DNA from: an uncultured Gemmataceae bacterium
GTDB lineage: Bacteria > Planctomycetota > Planctomycetia > Gemmatales > Gemmataceae
Direction of reading: 5' to 3'
Assembly (NCBI GenBank): GCA_963750165.1
Contig: CAVVPN010000003.1
Location: 288,001-352,000, forward strand
Length of the DNA: 64,000 bases
The first letter of the stretch is position 1. Each line of letters opens with the position of its first letter. Positions 42,259 through 50,627 of this stretch are shown here, piece by piece. The notes under the pieces are model-generated. The model worked only from the letters and a program-made list of their open reading frames with translations, did no database searches and was not told where the DNA came from. The position numbers and the translations under genes are program-made.

Positions 42259-42446
42259 GTTCGTAGTACCGGCTTTAGCCGGAATCAGACTGTCTGTTTC
42301 CGCCTGGAGCGGTTCACACTTGGTTTGCGCACAGCCTGTGGGACGGCTCTCCAGAGCCGTCCTTGTCTCGGAGACGGCTCTGGAGAGCCGTCCTACGGGG
42401 CGTGATCCACGCGGCTGTGAACCGCTCTAAAGGCGCTACTACGAAC
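42259..42446. repeat. Composite nested palindrome: family C-like outer arms around a family F REP doublet (42338-42396)
   Basis: gttcgtagta.../...tactacgaac outer; gagcggttcaca/tgtgaaccgctc middle; gtgggacggctctccagagccgtc/gacggctctggagagccgtcctac inner. Confidence 0.85.
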
Positions 42447-42450
42447 AAGG

Positions 42451-44165
42451 TCACACTTCCTCCGCGGATCGCTTCCGCCGTCGCAGCACCGCCGGCGCCG
42501 CGATCAGCAGACCGAGGCCGCCGAGGAAGCCGAGGTACACCAGGCTGTGCATCTGCGGCACGACCAGGCCGCGCACGCCCACGTCCGACTTCTTCGTCTC
42601 GCTGACCTGCACCCGGCGGGCTTTGCCGTGCGCGTCCCGCTCGTTCGACAGCTCCTGCTCCACGGAAATGCTGATCTCCCGCCGCGTACCATCCTGCGCC
42701 TGCCGCCGGCTTGGCACGATCATGGTGGTGTAATTCTCCTGCACTTCCCGGACGACGACCTTGAACGTGTCGCGCAGTTTGGCCACGTCGCGGGCGGGGA
42801 GGTACTTGCCGCCGGTGGCCTGGGCGATCTGCTGCAGGGCCTTCTCATCGATGCCCTGGGTGTGTAACTCGATGGACAGATCCTGGAAGCGTTTGATGAG
42901 TTCGTCCTGATTGTGGGCGTGCGAGAAACTGCCGTGCGTGGCCTTCGCCAGGGCGCTCATGGTGACCGCGTCCAGTTCGTCCTTGCGGCCGAAGGCAAGC
43001 ATGTGCAGCACCACGTCGGCGTCCCGGGCGCGTGCGATCACGTCCTCCTGACGGTGCCGGCTGCTGTTGTCCTTGCCGTCGGTCAACACCACCACGAAGC
43101 GCTTGCCCGGCGGGTTGTAGGCGTCCAGGGCGGCCACGGCGTCATAGGTCGCGTCCAGGAACGCTGTCTCCCCCTCCGGCTTCAGGTTGGCGACCTGGGT
43201 TTTCAAGGCGGCCTTGTTCCGGGTGAACGCGCCCAGGGCGCCCACGCGGGTGCTGAACGGCAGCAGAGCGGTCTCGGCCTGGGGGTGGGACTTGTCAATG
43301 AACAGCGTGGCGGCCCGCCGCAGGGCATCCATCTTGGGCGCGGTATCCTGGTCGTCGGCCGGCTCCTTCATGCTGCCGCTCTGGTCCAGGGCCATGATGG
43401 TCGTGATGCGCTGGCTGAGGCCCGGTTCGCCGACGCCAATCGTCCAGACCTGGACGCCGGCGCCCTGGCCGCGCGGATGACCTCCTCCCGTTTGGTCCGG
43501 CTGTAGACATCCACGCCGTCGGTCACCACCACCACGGCCTTGCGGCCCTTGACGCCCTTGAGCATCTGCACCGCCTGGGCGATGGCGTCATAGTAGGCGG
43601 TGCCATTTTTGGGTGCGGTGGCCTGCACCAGCTTGACCAGCTCGGCGCGGTGCTGCAACACGCGCTCGGGTTCCTGACAGGGTTCGCGTTTCAGTCGCAC
43701 CTGGTCGTCGAACAGAATGAGGCCGCAGTCCACCTTCGGGTCGAGAGTGTTGAAAAAGACCCGCGCCGCCTCCTGGGCCGCCTCGATGCGTGTCTTGCCC
43801 TTGCGCGGATCCTCCGGGTCGTTGTTGGCGTTGCTGCCGCGCACGTCCACGGCGAGCACGATCGTCAGACCGGTGTCGGGCTGCTCCTCAATGAGCTTCT
43901 CGCCGACTTTCTTGCCGTCCTCCTTGATGACGATCCAGTACTTACCCGCGCCGGCCGCCGGCAGCGCGCCGGTGCGCCGCACCCGGAACGTGACGCGCAG
44001 GTACAGGCCCTGCTTCTCGCCGGTTTCGTCGGTGCCGACGACCTGCACGCCTTCGTTGGGGTCAAAATCAATTTTGTAAAGTTCATTGCCGGCGGTCTGC
44101 CCGGAAGCCCCCGGTAGAGTGCAGAGCCAACCGACGGTGACCAGCGCAGCCAGGGTGAGTCGCAT
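42451..44165 (-). CDS. Membrane-anchored exported protein with two VWA domains; frameshift near 43461
   Basis: Signal peptide; LAVDVRGS..TAYYDA..VVVTDG; MALDQSGSM..TAFLDA..VLTDG; C-terminal TM plus RRRKR. Confidence 0.85.
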
Positions 44166-44188
44166 GGTATATTTCCCTTCTCCGGAAA

Positions 44189-44268
44189 GGCGAGCGGGGT
44201 TGCGTCAGCGCTCCGTGCGTCAGCGCTCCGTGCGTATTCCACGGGGCGCTGACGCGACCCCGCTCGCC
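44189..44268. repeat. REP-like palindrome, family A variant with an internal 15-bp duplication
   Basis: ggcgagcggggttgcgtcagcgctccgt(gcgtcagcgctccgt)...acggggcgctgacgcgaccccgctcgcc. Confidence 0.85.
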
Positions 44269-44275
44269 AGCCGGG

Positions 44276-46894
44276 TTATTTCTTCTTCGCCTCTTTCAGC
44301 ACGTCCTGCCACCAGTTCTTGAGCTTCTGCATGGCCGTGTCGGGTTCCTTCTCCTTCTTGACGGGTCGCTGCTTGCCGCGGCCGCCCGGCTTGCCACCGC
44401 CCGGCTTGCCGCCGCCGCCGCCGCCACCGCCGCCCGACGGGCCGCCGCCCGGTGTCGGCCCCGGCCCCACAGCGGTCGCGGCCGCCAGGGTCTTCTTCGG
44501 CAGCAGTCTCCGCTCCATCAGGCCCCACAGGCTGCTGGCGATGAAGTAGAGGCACAACCCGGCCGCCACCTTGTAGAAGAAGACGCCGAACACGATCATC
44601 ATGTACTTCATCATCTTCTGCTGCATTTCCTGCTGCTCGTCCGCCGGCGGCGGCGTCATCATCTTCTGCTGCGCCAGCATCAGAAACACCGCGATCACCG
44701 GCAACAGGTTCAGGTACGGCCCCAGGTAGAAGAACCAGCCGTAATAGTCTGGGTCGCTGATATACCAGATATTCTGGCCCCAGCGCAGGAGCATGTCCGG
44801 CGCCGCCAGGTTCTGAATCCACAGGAACGGTGCCAGCCGAAAGTGAATGCTCTCCTGCAGGGCGTAGTACAGGCCCAGGAAGATCGGCATTTGCAGCAGC
44901 AGCGGCAGGCAGCTGCCCAGTGGGTTGACGCCGTGCTTGCGGTACAGTTCCATCACCGCCTGATTACGCTTGGTCGGGTCGTCCTTGTATTTTTCCTGGA
45001 CCAGTTTCATTTCCGGCGCCAGGGCCTGCATCTTGATGCTCATCAGCGCCTGCCGGCGGCTGACGGGGAACATCAGGCCGCGCACCAGCACCGTGAGCAC
45101 GATGATCGTCAGGCCGTAAACGGGCACGACCGAGTGCAGCAGGTTCAGCAGCCAGTGCATCAGGTTCGTGCAATAGATGAGCAGCCACGTCCAGCCGATG
45201 GCCTGCGAGATGCCGCCGAACCAGCCGGCCGAGCGGTAGTCGGTGATGGTGCGCAGGTGCAGCGTCTCGGCGTAGCGCTTGACCAGGGCGGGGTCCACTT
45301 CCTTGTCGCCGGTGAACTGGTCGAGCAGGCCGACCTTGGCCGGGCCGTGGTAGAGCACATACTTGTGGATGAGTTTGCCGCGCGGCTTCAGCTCCGGCGA
45401 CGGGTTGCTGACGACACGGACGGTGAAGTCGTCGATCTGCGGCCGATGCTCCTTGCCGCGGCGAATCTCCACCGCCGCCAGGGCCAGCCGACCGCGGTCG
45501 TCGCGGCACTCGTAGAACGACACCAGCACGTCGTTGCCCTTCTCGAACTTGTGATGCCGCATTCGTTCGATGACGTGGGGCGTCAGCAGGAAACTGAGCT
45601 GCTTGTTTTTCAGGTCGGGAAAATGGTCGTCGAGGGCCATGACCACGAGGAGGCCCTTGCTGCCGTCGGTCTCGGCGAGGATGACGCGGCAGCGGAGTTC
45701 CTCGCTCTCCAGCGTGGGCCGGACGTAGGAGAGCACATCTTCCTTTTTGACGCCGCCCCTGGCGCGGTCGGCCTGCTTGTCATCGACGGCGGTGACGCTG
45801 GCGAAGAACTGATTCGAGGTGCCGGCGTACTGCACGTACCATTCGCCGGCGCGGACGACCTCGCCGCCCTTGCGGTTGCTGATGCGAATCTGGGTCTCGT
45901 CCAGGTCGCGGCGCAGGTTGCCGGACCCGTCCACCAGGCCGATCAGCGGCGTGCGGTAGGGGTTGGCGTAATACAGCCCTTCGATGGGCGTGCCGTGAGA
46001 ACCGGACAACTGGTAGCGGAAGGCACGGGCGGACTGGTCCGGCGACTTCTCGTCGCGCTGGTCGATGATCTCGATGGTCAGCCCAAGATGGTATTCCTTC
46101 GGGGCCAGGGTGAAGCGCTTGACGATCTTCAACTTGTCGTAGCCCGGGATTTGATCGCACGACAGCACAACCTGCTGCACCTGTTTGGTCAAGTCGGTGT
46201 CCGGCTCGACCTTCCAGACGATCTCGCCGAGCCGCGCCTGGACGGATTCTTCCTTTTTGGGGTCCGCGTAGTGGTAGAGCAGGAACGAGGCGTAAAACGG
46301 ATCGTCGCGGATCAGCCGAAGCGGGACTTTTTCGCCGTCGGCGTCGAAGACGGGGTGGCCCTCATCGTCGGCGGCCTGGAACATGGGCAGGATCAGCTCG
46401 CGGACGCCGCCGCCCCTGGTCGTGATGCTGGCCTGGATGAAATAGTCCTTGCCCTTGCCCAGGACGAGGGTGCGCGGCCCTTCCGGCGCCGGCGCCGGTT
46501 TGAGTTTGGGCAGCGGCAGCAAGGGGTTGAACGGTAGCTGCGCCAGCAGGGAGGCGGCCGCCAATTTCTTGTGCCCTTCGGGCGACACCTTCTTGAACAG
46601 CTCCCAGAAGGTGAAGCGCACGGTGCGCTCCTCCGCGAGGCGGGCGTCAATGGCCAGGCGGGCGGCGGTAAGCAGGCCAGCGCCGTCGGGCGCGGCGCTG
46701 AGGACCATCTGCGGCAGGATTTCCTTTTGCGCCTGCCGCGACTTCGGCCAGACGGGCGGGGCCGGCTTGTTGGCCTCTTGGTTCTCACCGTCCTGTTTGG
46801 TTTTCGGCGGCCACAGCTGGCTCTGCAAATACATCCAACCCACCCAGGTGGCGGCGGACAGGATGATGAACAGGATGAAGTTTCGTTGCTGCAT
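44276..46894 (-). CDS. yidC: Membrane protein insertase YidC (large periplasmic domain)
   Basis: YGLTIIVLTVLVRGLMFP, KHGVNPLGSCLPLLLQMPIF..LY, FLWIQNLAAPD, GLCLYFIASSLWG..E. Confidence 0.95.
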   Translation of the reverse strand: MQQRNFILFIILSAATWVGWMYLQSQLWPPKTKQDGENQEANKPAPPVWPKSRQAQKEILPQMVLSAAPDGAGLLTAARLAIDARLAEERTVRFTFWELFKKVSPEGHKKLAAASLLAQLPFNPLLPLPKLKPAPAPEGPRTLVLGKGKDYFIQASITTRGGGVRELILPMFQAADDEGHPVFDADGEKVPLRLIRDDPFYASFLLYHYADPKKEESVQARLGEIVWKVEPDTDLTKQVQQVVLSCDQIPGYDKLKIVKRFTLAPKEYHLGLTIEIIDQRDEKSPDQSARAFRYQLSGSHGTPIEGLYYANPYRTPLIGLVDGSGNLRRDLDETQIRISNRKGGEVVRAGEWYVQYAGTSNQFFASVTAVDDKQADRARGGVKKEDVLSYVRPTLESEELRCRVILAETDGSKGLLVVMALDDHFPDLKNKQLSFLLTPHVIERMRHHKFEKGNDVLVSFYECRDDRGRLALAAVEIRRGKEHRPQIDDFTVRVVSNPSPELKPRGKLIHKYVLYHGPAKVGLLDQFTGDKEVDPALVKRYAETLHLRTITDYRSAGWFGGISQAIGWTWLLIYCTNLMHWLLNLLHSVVPVYGLTIIVLTVLVRGLMFPVSRRQALMSIKMQALAPEMKLVQEKYKDDPTKRNQAVMELYRKHGVNPLGSCLPLLLQMPIFLGLYYALQESIHFRLAPFLWIQNLAAPDMLLRWGQNIWYISDPDYYGWFFYLGPYLNLLPVIAVFLMLAQQKMMTPPPADEQQEMQQKMMKYMMIVFGVFFYKVAAGLCLYFIASSLWGLMERRLLPKKTLAAATAVGPGPTPGGGPSGGGGGGGGGKPGGGKPGGRGKQRPVKKEKEPDTAMQKLKNWWQDVLKEAKKK

Positions 46895-47120
46895 AATGGG
46901 CCATCGGCTGGGCGATCCTGGCCGCGGCGCGGCGCGGCGTTGTGCTCCCCGGAACATTGTTAGCATAGCAACTGGCGGCGACAACAGGGAGGTGACTTGG
47001 CGCCCGCGGTGCGCGAACGGCCCTTCGGTTTGACCGCCCGGGCCTGGGGGAGCTATCTTTCCGATACACCCGTCAAGACTCCGCCGCTCGGACACTTACA
47101 GCTTCACCCAGGACGCCACC

Positions 47121-47433
47121 AATCACGGCGCTGTTGCTGCGACGGACGGGTGCGGCGGCGGAAATTCAGGCGTGGCTGCCGGCGGTGGCGACGTATGGAC
47201 GGCAGACGGTGGCGGCGCTACTGCTCGGCAGCGGCGAATTTCGCAACGACGCCGTGCGCACCTTCTACGGCGACCCAAGCGAGAGGCTGCTGCCGTGGGA
47301 GCCGTAGTTCGTGAACCTGCTGCGCCGCCGAGCAGCGCCGGCCGCCGCGGACATCAGCGGCTGGGTGAACTCGGGGTTCGACTTCCTGGCCCTGGAGGTG
47401 ACGCTGGCGGGGAGCCAGGAGTATTACGATCTG
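47121..47433 (+). pseudogene. Remnant of a DUF4214-like C-terminal repeat domain, in-frame TAG at 47305
   Basis: LLRR..AAAEI.AW...GRQTVAA.LLGS.EFR...V..FY...LLRR...A.I.GWVNSG.D.....LAGSQEYY; no start codon; family recalled from memory. Confidence 0.55.
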
Positions 47434-47436
47434 TAC

Positions 47437-47524
47437 TATTGCAGATTGCGAATGGGTGTAGCGGAAGTCGCCAGACTTCCGAGCAGCACCGGACGGAAGT
47501 CTGGCGACTTCCGCTACACCCAAC
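47437..47524. repeat. GTAG-type REP doublet, family D (inverted copy of 38393-38480)
   Basis: Direct sequence comparison. Confidence 0.92.
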
Positions 47525-47749
47525 TGCGAACCGCACTAAAAATACTCCTGCTCGTCCTTGTCAAGCCGGTCTTGAGTACTGCTCATTAGTTGGCTGCGGT
47601 TACGTTCCAGGAATAAGACGAGGGCCCGTGTGGAACAGAACCTCTCAACCAGGGTCGATCAGGTGCTGACTGCGGTCCCAGAAGAGTGCCAAGCCTGACC
47701 GCCACGGTTCGGATCTGACGGGCACTTGCTGGCCGAATCAGGATGGGTG

Positions 47750-47977
47750 TCAGCTGCGCTCCGACACAAACGCCTTGATCCGCTCCTCAAGCGGCCCCGC
47801 CGCCGCGCGCTCCGGGGCGAAGGCGTGCGACAGCGATTCGTCCAACCGCCGCACCACCTCCAACTCCTCGCGGCAGGCGGTGCAGGTGGCGAGGTGCCGA
47901 TTCAACGCCTCGTCCTCGAACAGCAGTTCGCAGTCCACCCGGGCGGAAATCAATTGCAGGACGCGGTCGCAGTTCAT
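47750..47977 (-). CDS. Stand-alone zinc-binding anti-sigma (zf-HC2/ZAS) domain protein
   Basis: MNCDRVLQLISARVD.E......HLATCTAC (HxxxCxxC); paralog of the N-terminus of 48060-49352. Confidence 0.82.
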   Translation of the reverse strand: MNCDRVLQLISARVDCELLFEDEALNRHLATCTACREELEVVRRLDESLSHAFAPERAAAGPLEERIKAFVSERS

Positions 47978-48017
47978 GGCCGGATGCCCTCGCAGTGCGG
48001 CACAACTCACACTTTTT

Positions 48018-48045
48018 TAGTCGAACGAGCCCGGCAAAAGGTTCC
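48018..48045 (-). promoter_or_regulatory. Candidate ECF-sigma promoter upstream of the stand-alone ZAS gene
   Basis: GGAACC-16 nt-CGACTA on the minus strand. Confidence 0.5.
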
Positions 48046-48059
48046 CGCCGCGGCGCCGC

Positions 48060-49352
48060 TCAGGCCGACGCAACCTCGCCCGCGCCGGGGGCCGCCTCGG
48101 CGGGCGGCGGCGCCACCGGCTCGACCTCGACGCAGTTGCGGCCGCTGGCCTTGGCCCGCCGCAGCGCCGTCTCCGCCGCCTTCTTGACCTGCTCGTAGTC
48201 CGCCGGCCGATCCGCCTCCACCACCGCCAGGCCGACGCTGACCGTCACCGGGATTTCCTGGCCGTCGTAGACGAACTTGTGCGCCGCCACCTGCGCCCGC
48301 AGCCGTTCGGCCAGCGCCAGGCCGCCGGCGCGGTGCGTCTGCGGCGCGATCAGCAGGAACTCCTCGCCCCCCATGCGGCCCAGCACGTCGATCTTGCGCA
48401 ACTCCGCCGTCAGCACCCGGGCCAGTTCGCGCAGCACGTAGTCGCCGCCGGAGTGCAAATAGAGCGTGTTGACCTGCTTGAAGAAGTCCAGGTCGATGAC
48501 GCCCACCGTCAGCGCCGACGGGAAGCGCCGCCGCAGGTGCAACTCGCGCTCGACGAGGTGGTCCAGGGCCCGCCGGTTGGGCAACTGCGTCAGCGTGTCG
48601 GTCAGGGCGAACTTCTCCAGCGTCTGCGTCTTCTGCTCCAGTTCGCGGTTGGCCTCCTCCAGGGCGCGCGTCCGCTGCCGCACGCGCTCCTCCAGCTGGA
48701 CGTTCAGCTCGCTCAGTTGGGCCAGCACGCGGCCGTAGTCGCGCTCCAGCTGCAGCTGGCGGCTGGCGTCTCGCAGGGCGTTCAGCAGCGATGCGTTGTT
48801 GCCGAACGGCTTGAGCAGGTAGCGGAAGACGTGGCCGCGGTTGATGGCCTCGACCGCCTCTTCCAGGTCGCCCAGGCCGGTCATCATCAGCCGTTTGGTC
48901 TGGGGGTGGTGCGCCACGGCCCACTCCAGCAGGGTGACGCCGTTCATGCCCGGCATGCGCTGGTCGGTGAGCAGGATGTCGAAGTCGCGGCGCGCGAACC
49001 ACTCCTGGGCCTCGCGGCCGCCGCGGGCGGTCTCGACCTCGAACTCCTCGGACAGGAAGGTGCGCAGGAACAGCAGCGTTGCGGGCTGGTCGTCCACCGC
49101 CAGGACGGTGCAGCGGCGCACCGGCCGGCCGTGCGCCTGCAGGGACGCCTTGACCCGGTCCACCAGCACCTCGGCGGCCTCGCGCTCCGGCTCGTAGGCC
49201 CGCATCAGGAACTCGTCGAGCCGGCGCAGGCCGTCCAGCTCGTGGCGGCAGCCGGCGCAGCCCTCCAGGTGTTCGCCCAGCACCTTGTCCTCGAACAGGA
49301 TTTCACTGTCGATCCGGGCGGAGATCAGTTCCAGGGCTCGGTCGCAGTTCAT
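48060..49352 (-). CDS. ZAS anti-sigma domain - REC - GGDEF diguanylate cyclase fusion
   Basis: HLEGCAGC; REC VDD...TDQRMP...MTG...KPF; coiled coil; TDTLTQLPNRR, IDLDFFKQVN, RKID I-site, GGEEF. Confidence 0.92.
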   Translation of the reverse strand: MNCDRALELISARIDSEILFEDKVLGEHLEGCAGCRHELDGLRRLDEFLMRAYEPEREAAEVLVDRVKASLQAHGRPVRRCTVLAVDDQPATLLFLRTFLSEEFEVETARGGREAQEWFARRDFDILLTDQRMPGMNGVTLLEWAVAHHPQTKRLMMTGLGDLEEAVEAINRGHVFRYLLKPFGNNASLLNALRDASRQLQLERDYGRVLAQLSELNVQLEERVRQRTRALEEANRELEQKTQTLEKFALTDTLTQLPNRRALDHLVERELHLRRRFPSALTVGVIDLDFFKQVNTLYLHSGGDYVLRELARVLTAELRKIDVLGRMGGEEFLLIAPQTHRAGGLALAERLRAQVAAHKFVYDGQEIPVTVSVGLAVVEADRPADYEQVKKAAETALRRAKASGRNCVEVEPVAPPPAEAAPGAGEVASA

Positions 49353-49388
49353 CGCTCGTCTCTCCCGTAGATGTGCGTGGAAAGTCGC

Positions 49389-49416
49389 AGATCGTGGCTG
49401 GGCTCGTGGGCGTTCC
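49389..49416 (-). promoter_or_regulatory. Second candidate ECF-type promoter, upstream of the ZAS-REC-GGDEF gene
   Basis: GGAACG-16 nt-CGATCT on the minus strand, same spacing as 48018-48045. Confidence 0.35.
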
Positions 49417-49431
49417 GTGGTCCCCGAAGTC

Positions 49432-49992
49432 TCACGGCTTCGGCTCCTTGGGCCCGGCCGTGTCCTCCGGCTCCAGGCAGGCGCGCAGCAGCTTGCGGGC
49501 GCGCGTCAGGCGCTGGTTGATGGTGGCGAACGTCACCCCGAGCCGCTCGGCCAGTTCGTCGTAGGTGGTCCGGCCCCCGGAGTAGTAAATCTCCACGACC
49601 TCGCGCAGCTCCACCGGCAGGCGGCGGACGCACTCCTTCAGGTCGTGGGAGCGCTCGCGCCGGGCGTCCGTGTCCGCGTCCGTGTCCGAGATCAGGTCCG
49701 GGGCATCGGCGTCGAGCGACAGATGCCGTCGGGCGGGGTCGCCGAGCCACTCCCGGCACAGGTTGCGGGCGACGGCGTACAGCCAGGAACCGAAGGAGGC
49801 CGGCTCGCGCAGGCTGGTGAGCTTGTCCAGGCCGCGGAGGAAGGTTTCCTGGGTCAGGTCCTCGACCACCTCGGGCCGGCGCACATGGGCCCGGCACAGC
49901 GCGGCGACCTGGCCCGTGTAGCGCTCCACCAGCCGGCCGTAAGCGCCGAGGTTGCCTTGCAACACCTGGCGCACCAGTTCCGCGTCGTCCAT
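49432..49992 (-). CDS. ECF (sigma-70 group 4) RNA polymerase sigma factor
   Basis: RBS GGAGG; DDAELV..AYGRLVERY, EDLTQETFL, FGSWLYAVARN, LP..LREVV..YY...TYDELA..LG....I..RL.RARK.L. Confidence 0.93.
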   Translation of the reverse strand: MDDAELVRQVLQGNLGAYGRLVERYTGQVAALCRAHVRRPEVVEDLTQETFLRGLDKLTSLREPASFGSWLYAVARNLCREWLGDPARRHLSLDADAPDLISDTDADTDARRERSHDLKECVRRLPVELREVVEIYYSGGRTTYDELAERLGVTFATINQRLTRARKLLRACLEPEDTAGPKEPKP

Positions 49993-50250
49993 TAACAGCA
50001 CCTCCGAGCAAGGGCGGGCTTGACAGGGCGGCCGGCTTTTTTTGCAACCGGCCCGGGCCGGGCGGCTGCCGCGGTGCGGGCACAGCAGTTCCTCGTCGTG
50101 CATCGCTTCGCCTCCCGGTTGGGTCGGGACTTCTCGCTGTCCTCCCCCTTCCAGAAGGCCATCGGCCCGAAGTTATTACTGTAACATGCCGATTTTTTCT
50201 GCAAGAGTAGAATAAGTGCCGTTACCCGCTTACTCTGGAGGCCCCTCGCG

Positions 50251-50627
50251 ATGGCACACCAACACTCCCCGCAGTTCCTGAAGCTGGTCGAAGATGCCAA
50301 ATCGCGCGTCCGGGAGACGACAGTTGATGAGGTGAAGGCCCGGCTGGACCGTGGCGAGCGGTTCCATTTGGTGGACGTGCGCGAGGACGGTGAGTGGGCG
50401 AAGGACCATTTGCCGGTGCTGTCCACCTGGGCCGCGGCGTCATTGAGCGCGACATCGAGCAGACGATCCCCGACAGGGCGGCGCCGATCGTGCTGTACTG
50501 CGGTGGCGGCTTCCGCTCGGCGCTGGCGGCGGACAACTTGCAGAAGATGGGTTATACCAACGTGCTGTCGATGGACGGCGGGCACCGCGGCTGGCGCGAG
50601 AAGGGCTACCCGTTGACGACGGGCTGA
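50251..50627 (+). CDS. Rhodanese-like sulfurtransferase; frameshift near 50415
   Basis: LVDVRED.EW..HLPGA.HLG, LYCGGGFRSAL, SMDGG..GW. Confidence 0.88.

Noticed and set aside
42307..42427. TGTGAA/TTCACA half-sites as a Rex operator
   Set aside because: They are arms of a nested repeat about 100 bp apart, not the compact TTGTGAA-N4-TTCACAA box
47540..47745. Lower-GC stretch with some pairing potential (gcccgt/acgggc, gaacc/ggttc), considered as 6S or SRP RNA
   Set aside because: Lacks the SRP GGAA/AGCAG loop and a convincing 6S central bubble; could equally be a gene remnant. An Infernal/Rfam scan would decide
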